Assembly: GCF_021869535.1 (NCBI RefSeq)
Contig: NW_026262674.1
Span: forward strand, 2,108,001 to 2,172,000
Length of the DNA stretch: 64,000 nucleotides
Reading direction: 5' to 3'
Source: Mytilus californianus
Lineage: Eukaryota
Shown here piece by piece: positions 25,501 to 35,491 of this stretch. Position numbers and translations under genes: made by a program. The first letter of the stretch is position 1, and each line of letters begins with the position of its first letter. Below the pieces are notes generated by a model. It was given only the letters and a program-made list of their open reading frames with translations, did not search any database and was not told the DNA's origin.

Positions 25501-28500
25501 CATGACCAACCTATTGTGTTTATTGTCAATTTGTTCTAGTCTTGAATATGCACGAAATACTTGCCATTGATTGTTAAGCTACAGACAATCAATCAAATAA
25601 CCATTCTCAAAATCCTTTTATGCCTATTGTTACACTGTTTTAGCTTGTTTTAATCCATAGAACGAGACTCTTAAGGTACCGACCATTCATCCTCGTGGGA
25701 AAAACCATTATTATTCTTACATTAATAAAACAAAAAATAAAAAATCAATCACATATTGGAACATTTTCTAAACTCTATGTTTAAAACCCTAGCCTTTCAT
25801 TTACAATGGAATTAAACGATTTTTATCATTTCCCTCTCTCTCTGAAAACCAATACATTATTTACCCCACTCCCTCCTCAAAAACAAATATAACTGAAAAA
25901 TAAAAAAAAAGATATGAATCGGTATGCTCATAAAAAAAGTTTAAAGAAAACATTCATTCAATTATATGTCATGTACATGTAAATTACGTGCACATGTTGT
26001 TTACTGGTGTGAACAATTTTCATGTACAGGTAATTAAAACCAATGTACAGGTAATTAAAACCAATGTACAGGTGAGAACAAATTTAATGTGAAACCAGTG
26101 TGCATTACATGAAACTAATTGTAAACAGGTTTACAGTCAACGATGTTCGGTGTGAAAACGGCCTTAGTCCCATGTGCATGTTTTAATGTTTATACCTAAT
26201 CTATAACGTATAATCGACAAAGAATACTTAATTTAAGGATTGTTGATCAGAAACTTTGGATTCTTATTAATTGTCGGGTTATGTTGGCGAAGTTTACAGA
26301 CCTTGATAAAAAAATCAACACAAAAAGCATGGAGCAAGAGAAAAATAAGTGAAATGATAAAGCAATGTTAAATTGTTTTTTGTGTATTTTCAATTCTATC
26401 CAATTTTTTTTATTTTCTAATCTTTGTTTTAACTGTTGTAAAATGATGAATTGTAAAGATTTTTCTGAATCGGTTGATACTATTTTCCGTCCAAATATGT
26501 TTTCTTTTCTTTCATCACGTTTTTTCAGCTATGCGATTGCCGCATTTCAAACGAAAGGTCATTGCATAAAGGAAAAGCAGACGACGGTTTAGGCTGGTCC
26601 TCTCCCTTGCAACATATACCTTATATCTGTCAGAGCCAAACAGATAAAGGACAGGGAACCAGTCTAACGACGGTTTTTATAAAATGAAGGATTTCCCTTT
26701 AAACAAAAGACCTTATACACGTGTTTTGTAGTAAAATGTAGCCATTCAAATATATAAACATATTCATCTTGTCGTTAAATATTTAGAGACTTTAAGATCT
26801 GATCTGATAATATGACTTTTCAGGTAATCATTTTAATAAAATAGTTGATAACAGATGTTCAATCATTAAGATGTCATTATTTATTTTTGTAGTTACATGA
26901 AAAATTACTGGCAATCTGATTAATGTTCTGATAATTTTTACATCAGCCAATGAAATTTCAGCCTTCAAATTTTTGAATGTGTGTATTACCCCGACAAAAC
27001 CAGAGGATCCCGAAAGGTCTTTAAAACAGAAAGTAGAACGGAGCGTTTTCAGATCCTTGTATGCCAAGCTTAAACACAGGAACTGTATTTTAATCAGATT
27101 GAATTACTTGTAAAATGAACTTACTACTTTTACAGTCTGCGTCAACATGACAGTTAGAAATCACACGAATACGTTTACAAATTTCTGGTACCTCCTTCGG
27201 AAATGACGGACAAACTCCATGTCTAGGTTTTGGGGGCTACAATAAAAAAAAATCAAATAAAAGTACACGCTTGGGAACATTGACGAAAATAAGAAGTAGT
27301 ATATCGAATACAATAAAATATCGTTTGCCTTCAAATAATACGAATACACTAAAACGGAGCTCTTTTATATTTAAAGATTAACATTTGTATTCTTGGAATG
27401 AGTAATATAGACACTTAATGTTCATCAAAAAGGTGGTCATTTTAATGGACAAGCGACAATAGCCTTTTTATCTAATATTTATTTATTTTTGTATCTAGAG
27501 ATTATATCAAAATAAGTATACGTTTTCATTTTGATAAAAATAAATAGGATTCGTGAATGCGTTACATTTGGAAAATATTTACTCACATTTGGTTTTACAG
27601 GATATACACATCCTGTTCCACAAATAACCCCGCAACATATTTTACCTGTAACGTGAACATAAAGTATATATTTTCGGCAAGTTATAAACTTATAGAAATG
27701 TAAATCCGTAATTTATCACAAGAAGGAGTTTAACTGTATTCAATAAATCGGTTGTTTTCTTTTCGCATCGCGGTATTTCTGTGAACGATGATAACCATGA
27801 GTTATGTGTCAGGTTCAAGAATAATGTTTATATTAAAATGCATATGTTGACATCAAAATTTTCATTACAAATGTATCCATGTATTACAAAAAAAAAAAGA
27901 CTAGTTGACTCGTATGTCTAAAATTGACAAGTTAAACGGCTTTAAAAAATAAGTTGTCGATAAGAAATGTTTTATCTAATATTTTATAATTTACGTAAAA
28001 TTATGTCATAGTACTAGAATGAGCAGTACTCAATATATACAGATAATTGTATTAATCCACAGATACGATTTCCATTGACCATTGGAATCAGTGGTAGGAT
28101 ATCAACTCACAGGTAAAGCTACTCACTAAACGAACACTTTTTACGGCAAGTGACCCCACGATTTCAGAATGGTGTTCTGTGTTTGAATGTCTCGCTTTCA
28201 TTTGAGATGGAAAACAGCCACCAAATCGATCGCTTGTTTATACATCATACAGCACATTCGTTTTAGGAGCTTAAAAAAAACCTTACACGTCAAAGATACA
28301 ATTGTTTAATACCAAACAGTAACTTTATTACCTAACTTACCACGACAAGAAGATAAAACTTATGAAGCGGAATGAAATCCTTAGTAACTTTTTTGAAAGA
28401 TGAAAAGAATCTATATCAGAAACAGAGGATTACTAAGAAATTAAAATAACACTTTTACATGAAGCAAAAACATAATGAAAGCTTGAAATCAATGCAACGA

Positions 28501-31500
28501 CAGTTTTGAAAATTTAAATCGAGGATTGCTTAAAATAGGAAAATAACAGCTTTGTCTGAACCAAAAATATAATGAAAGCTAAGGATGTAAAGGCTGTACT
28601 GTAATCCATGCAACACAAATTTTCACAATTTAATTCGAATCTTCAAAGTTAATCCAGCAATGAATGTTATTAATTATAAATTAACCTTTTTGACATTCTT
28701 TATCATGACTACATGCCTGGCTGAATAACAAACATTGTGGTTCGGGTTTTCGCACAGCCGGACAGCCTGGTCGAGGACCCTGCAATATTGATTGTCATAA
28801 AGTTCATAAATTACATTGACAAATTTCATTTTTAGAAACTAAACGTACAATTCTGTTATAATGACAACTGCTGCATCGTATTGTTTTGTTCTTGCTTTAA
28901 AAAAAAATCAGAACATCTGCAAAATCATTTACCTGCAGAGTTTTGTTTTACTACATTAAGCCTTAATTTATGGGAACTTCTTTACACAGAGAAATATTTA
29001 GTTGCAAAACATTAAACGTAATGCAGTGGTCGAAGATATCAAACAAATCCAATAAATTTCATCACCTCAAACAGTACGAATAAACAATTTCTGGACAAAG
29101 TTGACCTATGACTACTTGTTAAAAAAAATTAGCTACACGATGTTTTTTCAAAGAATGGTGGAGAAAAACAAATATTTTTATAAGGGAAGGATGATTTTTA
29201 ACATTTTATTTCAATAAATAAAAGAGTCAAATGTATTTTATTATAGAAAAACAAAGGATATGACACAAAATCAGTACATGCACATCAATAAAAAAAACAC
29301 ACAGAAAAAGCAAAGGATCAGCGCTTTTATTACCTCAAAGTCACAGTGAGACCTTCAAATCGGAGCAGAAAAAAAACCCCACCTCACGTTCAAGTTTAAG
29401 ACGCCCCCTAGAACCGGTTTGATTATACGCGTATAAGTAATAGCTACTTACCGATATCGGTTCTTTACAGTTCTGAGATCCACAGATATCTGGGCAGCAT
29501 TTCTTACTACCTGGAAAAGGGGAATAACAAGTGTACTTAGAATAAACTCAATTGGCGTTTTCAGTGTCAACTTCCGAAGCAAGGTTATCGGCTCCTCAAA
29601 TTTTCCCGAAATCCTGCTTTTAATACGGTGATTGTTTGTCGAGTTTATGAGCTTCGGTACTTGCTTGGAAGTTGGTACAGTGTGCTACTATTTAGAACAT
29701 CTCTTGCAATGATGTCATTGGTAGACACATGCCGACCAATTAATTGTTAGATATTTTATTTGCACTTCAGGATGTTCGCTACTCTTCTTTTTGACTTTTT
29801 GTCAGATATTCCTATTCCTCTAGTATTATCCATGTAGTGCCGATGAAAAAAAATTTGCCCGCTAACCAATATTTTATTTTCATTATTTTATTATATATAA
29901 TTAAAAAGACATTTTTCAAAATCTCATACAATCCTTGTTATTTATTCAGAGTTTTTGAAAGAAAAATGGAGCCAATTTAAAATGTAATACAAGTCTACAG
30001 AGAATCATTTCCCGCCAATTTTTGTAATGGCTTATATCTCGAAAACAAGGAAACGGACCCTACATTTTTTTCGGCTCTTTTAGTTCCGTTACTTTAATAC
30101 TATTATGTTTAACAGTCTTTTTAAAAGCTTGTTATTTTGCAAAAGAGTAGCGAACATCCTCTAGCAAACAGAAGTGGTGTGTTGTTTTACTGTTGCTGTT
30201 ATCTCAATCTGATTAAAATACAGATCCTGTGTCCAAGCTTGGCTTAAAAGGATCTGAAAACGCTCCGTTCTACTTTCTGTTTTAAAGACCTTTCGAAATC
30301 CTCTGGTTTTGTCGGAGTAATACACACCTTTAAAAATTTGAAGGCTATAATTTAATTGGCTGATGTTATAATTACCAGAACAGAAATAAAACTGAGAGTT
30401 GTCAGATCCTTGTACGCTAAGCTTGGACACAGGATATGTATTTTAATCAGATTGCTGTTATCTTGAATTAATATACTAGTACTTTAATGCTGAGATAACA
30501 TCTATACTTGTTCCGAAAATAATCAAACAAGAACAAGTCGGACGATTCCATGGGAAACTAAACCATAAGTCCATTACAGATAACAGTCAACATTACAGAT
30601 AACAGCCAACAAAATACTTCGCAGACAAATTGCTGAGCCACACGATCTCAACTAATTGCCGGCAGTGAACCCAATAATTTAGTAACGATACGCACTTTTC
30701 GTTCGCCTAGTATCTCTCCAAAAGGTTAAAAAATCACATGAAATGCTGATATATATTATCGAGACCTTGCATTGTTTATTGTTTATTTTAGACTTTTGGA
30801 ATTTGGATATACGTTTTAATATGTTATACATAAAAAATGAGATGTGAGTCATATCGGTGAACATGAATTTGACATTTAATGTCCCTTTACATGTATAAAA
30901 TTTAAAGAGGGAATCATTTCCCGCCAATTTTTAATGGGTTATATCTTCAAATAAGGACACTTTTTTTACTTTTTGAGTTCCGTTATTTATATGCTTTCAA
31001 TTTATAACAGTCTTTTAAAAAGTTTGTTATTTTGAAACGGTGGAGCAAACATCCTTTAACAAACAGAAATGATGTGATAATATTTCTATTGCTGTTGTCT
31101 AGAATTTATATACTAGTGTTTTAATGCTTATATAACATCTATACTTGTCTCAAAATAATCAAACAAGAACAAGTCGGACGAGTCCATTGGAAACCAAATC
31201 ATAAGTCCATTATAGTTGACTGTCAACCAAACACATCGACGAAAAGTGGCTTAGCAACACGATCTCAACTAATTACCACAAGACGGGTGCCACATGTGGA
31301 GCAGGATCTGCTTACCCTTCCGGAGCACCTAAGATCAGCTCAGTCTTTTGTTTTCTATGTTGTGTTTTGTGTAATGTTGTTAGTCGTGTTTGTCTGTTGT
31401 TCTTTTCCTTTTTAGCCATGGGTTTGTTTTCGACTTATGAGTTTGAATGTCCTTTTTGTATCTTTCGCCTTTCTTTTAATTACCAGCAGTGACCCTAAGA

Positions 31501-32872
31501 ATTTTGTAACGACTTGACTCTCCCCAAAATGTTCATTATCACTTCTTGGTAATAGTTTCCTAGGTCTATACATCAATTATCAATAAATCATTATGTACCT
31601 TTACAATCGGCGTCATTTCCATAGCAATTAGAACCGACTCTGGCTCTCTTGCAGAACTCAAGAGGTTTTTCGTTTACAGCGGGACATATACCAGGTTTTT
31701 GCTTTTGTTTCTGAAATTGTAATTTATCACAATAATGTTATACCGACCGAGTTACAGTTTTATTACCCATCAAATGTTGAGATATAGCAGGTTACCCTAA
31801 GGAGTAAGCATTTAAGTCAACAGCTAGACATGAATGTATTTTGTTCTTAATAGTGTCTGGCTAATGTCACTCTTACGGCTTATAAGATTTATTGAACAAA
31901 ATAAGAATCATAAGAAACTATAATTTATGGTATGAAACAGTTCTAGAATTCATCAAATTGAATGAGATAAATATTTTGCGATAAATGTACGAGCATTGTG
32001 TCGTCTTTATATGGTAGAGGGTAGATTTATAAAAAAAAAGTATCACAATGCTTTAAATATGTTGATATTGAACAGAGAGTGTTTAAATGTATTTGACGCT
32101 GGACGTTTTTTTTTTATTAATGCTGTCTAAATCTTTGACTGAAGAAATTTTGATAAATCACATATTAGAGTTCACATCGTCTATGTCATTTCATTTCTGT
32201 AATGAAGATGTTTATGAATTCCGTCCTTATTGGCAATTATACCTGATTTATTTCTCATTACTTCAAACAAACATTACTCACGATTGGGGTGACGCATTCT
32301 TTTCCACATTTTTGTGGGCAACATACTTTGCCTAGAAAATAACAATAACAATTTATTCAACTATTGTGTGTCTGCACAATTTATCATTCATACAATTCAG
32401 AAAAATTTGTGACGCATTCATATTATCATAAAAGACATTATTGCAAGTGATGACATTTATTTGGTAGAATTTCTCTTATTCTTTAAGTCGGTTACACTGT
32501 ATCCAGGTGAAAGAACCTATAACGGTAATTAAAACCAGAAAGGATTGTGACCAAAAGGGGATGTGGTTACATGTAACCGATCGGAATTCAAATAAGCTTT
32601 GAAAGTTAAATTTAATAATTTGTCACCATGATTTCTACTTCGTTTAGATCGGTCTGAGTAGTCGAACAACTGTTTAATTGGCCTATCAAGACTGATGTTG
32701 TGAGTTTGAATCCACTTGTGGCAGGTTCATTCGACTCCAATTTTAATTGACAAGGATTGTCAGTTTTCCTACCGAAAGTCTGTTGTTCTCTCAAGGAGTT
32801 CCGGCTTTCTTCACTAATAAAAACATTTGTGATAAAAGTGGTGTTAAACACCAACCAATCAATCAATTAAAC

Positions 32873-32903
<31 letters not shown>

Positions 32904-34704
32904 GTTTAGATCTGTAAAATACTGAAAGGTAACTTATCAAAAATCAAAACACAAAAGAATTCGTTTAATATAATTATTGTACTTCAATTGTTTACATATA
33001 TTTGAAGCTTGAAGCGTATTTTGGTAATATGAATTTTAAACGTTTATCTTATCTTTAGAATGAATATCGTGTAAATTAGGGGAAATTTCTTATGGACAAT
33101 ATTTTTAGTGTTGTTATTTTATGAGCATTGTTTAGTTGTAATTTTTGTTTTTAATTTTTGGAGTACTTTTAAGTTAAGAAAATGCATTAAACAGATTATA
33201 GTTGTTAACAGTTATACATAGATAACATTGCCGACAAAATAGCTAAATATTTCAAGATATATTTCTAACCCCCATGACAGTTCGTATCTATATAAGATAT
33301 GCGAATTAATAACCACTAAGACATAAATACTAACCATCAAGACAGTTTGTATCTGTGTAAGATATGTTAATTACTAACCACTAAATTAGTTTGTATCTGT
33401 GTGAGATATGTTAATTACTACTCACTTACCAAGACATAAATACTAATCACCATGACAGTTTGTATCTGTGAAATATGTTAATTTCTAACCACATAGACAT
33501 AAATACTAACCACCAACACAGTTGGTATCTCTGTGAGATATGTTAGTTACTAACCACCAAGACATAAATACTAGCCACCAAGACAGTTGGTATCTGTGTG
33601 AAATATGTTAATTACTAACCACCAAAACATTAATACTAACCACCAAGACAGTTGGTATCTCTGTGAGATATGTTAGTTACTAACCACCAAGACATAAATA
33701 CTAGCCACCAAGACAGTTGGTATCTGTGTGAAATATGTTAATTACTAATCACCAAAACATTAATACTAACCACCAAGACAGTTGGTATCTCTGTGAGATA
33801 TGTTAGTTACTAACCACCAAGACATAAATACTAGCTACCAAGACAGTTGGTATCTGTGTGAAATATGTTAATTACTAACCACCAAAACATGAATACTAAC
33901 CACCAAGACAGTTGATATCTGTGTGAAATATGTTAATTACTAACAACCAAGACATAAATACTAACCATTAAGACAGTTGGTATCTCTGTGAGAGCTGTTA
34001 ATTACTCACCACCAAGACATAAATACTAACCACCAAGACAGTTGGTATCTGCGTAAGATATGTTAGTTACTAACCACCAAGACAGTTGGTATCTCTGTGA
34101 GATATGTTGTTAGACATAAATACTAACCACTAAGACAGTTGGTACCTGTGTAAGATATGTTAGTTACTAACCACCAAGACAGTTGGTATCTCTGTGAAGT
34201 ATGTTAATTTCTAACCACCAAGACATAAATGCTAACCACCAAGACAGTTGGTATCTGCGTAAGATATGTTAGTTACTAACCACCAAGACAGTTGGTATCT
34301 CTGTGAAATATGTTAATTTCTAACCACCAAGACATAAATACTAACCACCAAGACAGTTGGTAGCTCTGTGAGATATGTTGATTACTAACAACCAAGACAT
34401 CAATACCAACCACTAAGACAGTTGGTATCTACGTAAGATATGTTAATTACTAACCACCAAGACATAAATACTAAACACCAAGACAGTTGGTATCTGTGTA
34501 AGATATGTTAATTACCAACCAACGAGACGGTTGGAATCTGTATAAGATATGTTAATTGCTAACCAACAGGGCAGTTGGTATCTGTGTAATATATGTTTAT
34601 TACTAACCACGATGACAGTCGGTATCTGTTTGACATTGATCAACTTTTAGGTAACTGTTACATCTCACACTTCGGTTCAATACTGGACAACGTGGATTTG
34701 CTGA
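1351..34704 (-). CDS. Spliced gene (20 coding exons found, 5' end missing) for a multidomain Cys-rich, probably secreted protease-inhibitor/matrix protein: 5 WAP, 5 antistasin-like, 1 Kunitz, 4 lustrin-type Cys modules, 1 unassigned 4-Cys module
   Basis: Exons in transcript order: 34704-34608, 32331-32282, 31710-31599, 29510-29452, 28779-28686, 27645-27587, 20876-20768, 19609-19559, 18031-17942, 16900-16781, 13673-13506, 12554-12465, 11754-11635, 10655-10578, 8955-8866, 8602-8480, 4887-4801, 3487-3383, 2207-2082, 1505-1351. All have AG acceptors, all but the last have GT donors, and phases match. They join into a stop-free 660-aa frame ending in TAA at 1351-1353. Confidence 0.88.
1631..1860 (+). 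mobile_element. tRNA-derived SINE (resembles molluscan V-domain SINEs such as RUDI)
   Basis: A-box/B-box-like gccaagtggt...gtgagttcgaatc; tail aaactgacagccacaatatag...gcattaaacaccaat; four further copies in the window. Confidence 0.7.
2082..2207 (-). CDS. Exon: lustrin-type Cys module ([42 protein letters not shown])
   Basis: 6-Cys C..C..CP.GY.C..CCP pattern; tag acceptor, GTAATC donor; phase 1-1; 126 nt. Confidence 0.88.
2567..2790 (+). mobile_element. tRNA-derived SINE, same family
   Basis: B-box gtgagttcgaac; tail ctgaaagtgtcataaacacc. Confidence 0.6.
3383..3487 (-). CDS. Exon: lustrin-type Cys module ([35 protein letters not shown])
   Basis: 6 Cys; tag acceptor, GTAAGT donor; phase 1-1; 105 nt; not in the ORF track. 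Confidence 0.85.
4299..4542 (+). mobile_element. tRNA-derived SINE, same family
   Basis: gtgagttcgaatccc B-box; V-like core ggtggtttcctccgggcactccggcttcctc; (caat)n tail. Confidence 0.75.
4801..4887 (-). CDS. Exon: antistasin-like module ([29 protein letters not shown])
   Basis: 6-Cys antistasin-type spacing; acceptor ttttttgtttctcag, donor GTGAGT; phase 1-1; 87 nt. Confidence 0.87.
5530..7824. mobile_element. Non-autonomous TIR DNA transposon with CACTAC...GTAGTG termini (probably CACTA/EnSpm-like), intronic
   Basis: Long near-perfect TIRs (cactacaaaccagtaaaagtctgaaatggcctatat...); many subterminal ~20-bp actcgaccagtctgaa repeats at both ends; flanked by tatat on both sides; no transposase ORF. 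Confidence 0.75.
8480..8602 (-). CDS. Exon: lustrin-type Cys module ([41 protein letters not shown])
   Basis: 6 Cys; ttttag acceptor, GTATGT donor; phase 1-1; paralogue of 11635-11754. Confidence 0.88.
8866..8955 (-). CDS. Exon: antistasin-like module ([30 protein letters not shown])
   Basis: 6 Cys; tttttacag acceptor, GTAATA donor; phase 1-1; paralogue of 12465-12554. Confidence 0.88.
10578..10655 (-). CDS. Exon: antistasin-like module ([26 protein letters not shown])
   Basis: 6 Cys; tttttcag acceptor, GTAAGT donor; phase 1-1; 78 nt. Confidence 0.87.
11635..11754 (-). CDS. Exon: lustrin-type Cys module ([40 protein letters not shown])
   Basis: 6 Cys; tttttttcag acceptor, GTATGT donor; phase 1-1. 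Confidence 0.88.
12465..12554 (-). CDS. Exon: antistasin-like module ([30 protein letters not shown])
   Basis: 6 Cys; tttcag acceptor, GTAAAT donor; phase 1-1. Confidence 0.88.
12853..13110 (+). mobile_element. tRNA-derived SINE, same family
   Basis: gtgagttcgaatccc; gcactctggtttcctccaccaataaa; gttgaaagtggcgttaaac. Confidence 0.75.
13506..13673 (-). CDS. Exon: Kunitz/BPTI domain, P1 = Lys ([56 protein letters not shown])
   Basis: Canonical 6-Cys Kunitz with F.YGGC.GN.NNF motif; tttttag acceptor, GTAAGT donor; phase 1-1. Confidence 0.93.
13650..13889 (-). repeat. 88-bp tandem repeat (~2.7 units) copying the Kunitz-exon acceptor plus the first ~25 exon nt
   Basis: Acceptor-like tag|AT junctions with exon-like starts at 13673, 13761 and 13849 (88-bp spacing); the copies read DCH* and DYHYPKQP*. 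Confidence 0.8.
13890..16088. mobile_element. 2.2-kb composite insertion: two ~452-bp direct repeats (13890-14341, 15638-16088) around a 1.3-kb non-coding core; 4-bp TSD ACAT
   Basis: Repeats are near-identical; each has imperfect TIRs ggcccgagaacacagttat / ataactgtgtccttggacc; acat at 13886-13889 and 16089-16092; removing the insertion restores the interrupted 88-bp unit. Confidence 0.8.
16781..16900 (-). CDS. Exon: 4-Cys Pro-rich module of unassigned family ([40 protein letters not shown])
   Basis: Strong acceptor tttcttacttgtgtttttag; donor GTATCA (an earlier possible donor GTAAAG would end the exon at 16853); phase 1-1; 120 nt open. Confidence 0.72.
17942..18031 (-). CDS. Exon: antistasin-like module ([30 protein letters not shown])
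   Basis: 6 Cys with D.NGC..C.C motif; ttcttttttag acceptor, GTAAGT donor; phase 1-1. Confidence 0.88.
19559..19609 (-). CDS. Exon: C-terminal half of WAP4 ([17 protein letters not shown])
   Basis: CC..C..C pattern; ttttcag acceptor, GTATGT donor; phase 1-1. Confidence 0.85.
20768..20876 (-). CDS. Exon: N-terminal half of WAP4 with two extra Cys ([36 protein letters not shown])
   Basis: tag acceptor, GTCAGT donor; phase 0-1; joins in frame to 19559-19609. Confidence 0.85.
21165..22560 (-). mobile_element. Decayed Penelope-like retroelement reverse-transcriptase fragment, intronic and sense to the gene
   Basis: Motifs [58 protein letters not shown] and [37 protein letters not shown], interrupted by in-frame stops and frameshifts. 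Confidence 0.85.
24660..26163. mobile_element. Non-autonomous PIF/Harbinger-like element with a SINE nested inside
   Basis: Imperfect TIRs ggccgtgctcacattga / tcggtgtgaaaacggcc; tta on both flanks (TWA-type TSD). Confidence 0.55.
25297..25597 (+). mobile_element. Second SINE-like dispersed family (other copies ~48870-49205 and ~57040-57295)
   Basis: Shared core gtacaagtac.cagccac.tc.ggtcaga...ttgcaa.gcaaaatttctgt and tail gccac/ttgga..ttaagcaac.a.caatc. Confidence 0.55.
26912..27101. mobile_element. Internally deleted copy of the same MITE, in the opposite orientation
   Basis: Shares its interior and caatctgatt/aatcagattg ends with 30205-30454; flanks aattactgg / aattacttg (8/9 match). Confidence 0.65.
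27587..27645 (-). CDS. Exon: C-terminal half of WAP3 ([20 protein letters not shown])
   Basis: tacag acceptor, GTGAGT donor; phase 1-0. Confidence 0.86.
28686..28779 (-). CDS. Exon: N-terminal half of WAP3 ([31 protein letters not shown])
   Basis: ttgcag acceptor, GTTAAT donor; phase 0-1. Confidence 0.85.
29452..29510 (-). CDS. Exon: C-terminal half of WAP2 ([20 protein letters not shown])
   Basis: cttgttattccccttttccag acceptor, GTAAGT donor; phase 1-0. Confidence 0.87.
30205..30454. mobile_element. 250-bp MITE, Mutator-like (9-bp TSD ctgttatct)
   Basis: ~36-bp TIR caatctgattaaaatacagatcctgtgtccaagctt; TSD at 30196-30204 and 30455-30463; empty site visible in the duplicated copy near 31090. 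Confidence 0.8.
31278..31476 (+). mobile_element. ~200-bp high-copy dispersed element (ggagcaggatctgcttacccttccggagcacc family) with an 8-bp TSD taattacc; relatives at ~17209-17420 and ~53870-54090
   Basis: TSD at 31270-31277 and 31477-31484; absent from the twin copy near 30655. Confidence 0.65.
31599..31710 (-). CDS. Exon: N-terminal half of WAP2 ([37 protein letters not shown])
   Basis: KPG.CP WAP start motif; tttcag acceptor, GTACAT donor; phase 0-1. Confidence 0.87.
32282..32331 (-). CDS. Exon: C-terminal half of WAP1 ([17 protein letters not shown])
   Basis: ttattttctag acceptor, GTGAGT donor; phase 1-0. Confidence 0.87.
32650..32903 (+). mobile_element. tRNA-derived SINE, same family
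   Basis: gtgagtttgaatcc; aaagtggtgttaaacacc; (caat)n tail. Confidence 0.7.
33265..34629. repeat. Minisatellite of alternating 44-bp and 21-bp subunits (65-bp dimer) derived from the WAP1 exon end and its donor site
   Basis: Units actaaccaccaagacagttggtatctgtgtaagatatgttaatt and actaaccaccaagacataaat; the last unit overlaps the exon end at 34608-34629. Confidence 0.88.
34608..34704 (-). CDS. Exon: N-terminal half of WAP1 ([32 protein letters not shown]); the most 5' exon securely found
   Basis: ttttaaccacag acceptor, GTTAGT donor; phase 0-1. Confidence 0.84.
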
Positions 34705-35491
34705 CTGTGGTTAAAAAAAATAGATAGTATTTTTATTTATATTAAAAATGCTAATATATATGAATACAACAGTTTAATAGTAATTAAATATTACACCCAA
34801 TAGAAATAGATCCCCAAGTATATTATATTATGTGTGATTAAAGAAAAATATATCTCTAGGTACGAACTTACACAAACTTTTTAATTGTTGTAGGATACGA
34901 ACAGTGTACTTATTTATCGTTCTTTGTTTCATCATTAATGCCTATACGAGCAAGTTTACGAAAGTACTACTTCTTATTAATTCTCTATTACATATGAATA
35001 AGTTTCTTTTTGGCTTATTACATTATAAATTATCAAGTTATGATTCTTAAATTATACACAATTATGTAGCGTCAGTTTTGATCTATTTTTCAAAATTTAC
35101 ATCACAATTCAGCACAGATGACTTTGGCTGAAACCTATGATCCATAGAATTGGCACCCTTTTGTAACAGAACACATTGGATTGTAAGTTTCAGCAAATGT
35201 TTTTTTTTTTGACTGACTTTGGTGTCTATACTGTACTCTTATGAAGACAACTGGTTCACTTAGCATTTAGGGGTTTTAATATATATACAGATTAAAATAC
35301 CAATTTGAGAATATGGCCCTTTTGCATATTTAATTATTTTCATTTACATTCAAGGCCACATTTTTGCAAAAGTGAACTTGGTCTTTAAGTCCATGATGCA
35401 ATCGATGTTTTATTGTTATAATGTTTAACTGGATTATTTCTGATAAGTTTTTAAATGATTTTAAATGGATGACGGTCAATATGATTTGACT

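Larger units (their letters stand above)
30000..31530 (+). repeat. Local tandem duplication (copies ~30000-30720 and ~30910-31530)
   Basis: Shared blocks aatcatttcccgccaattttt..., ataacatctatacttgt..aataatcaaacaagaacaagtcggacg..., cacgatctcaactaatt. Confidence 0.75.

Noticed and set aside
35120-35400. Faint WAP-like fragments (C*NLQSNVFC and QKCGLECK*) between the WAP1 exon and the satellite
   Set aside because: They contain stops, have no convincing splice sites, and the similarity is too short to distinguish from chance.
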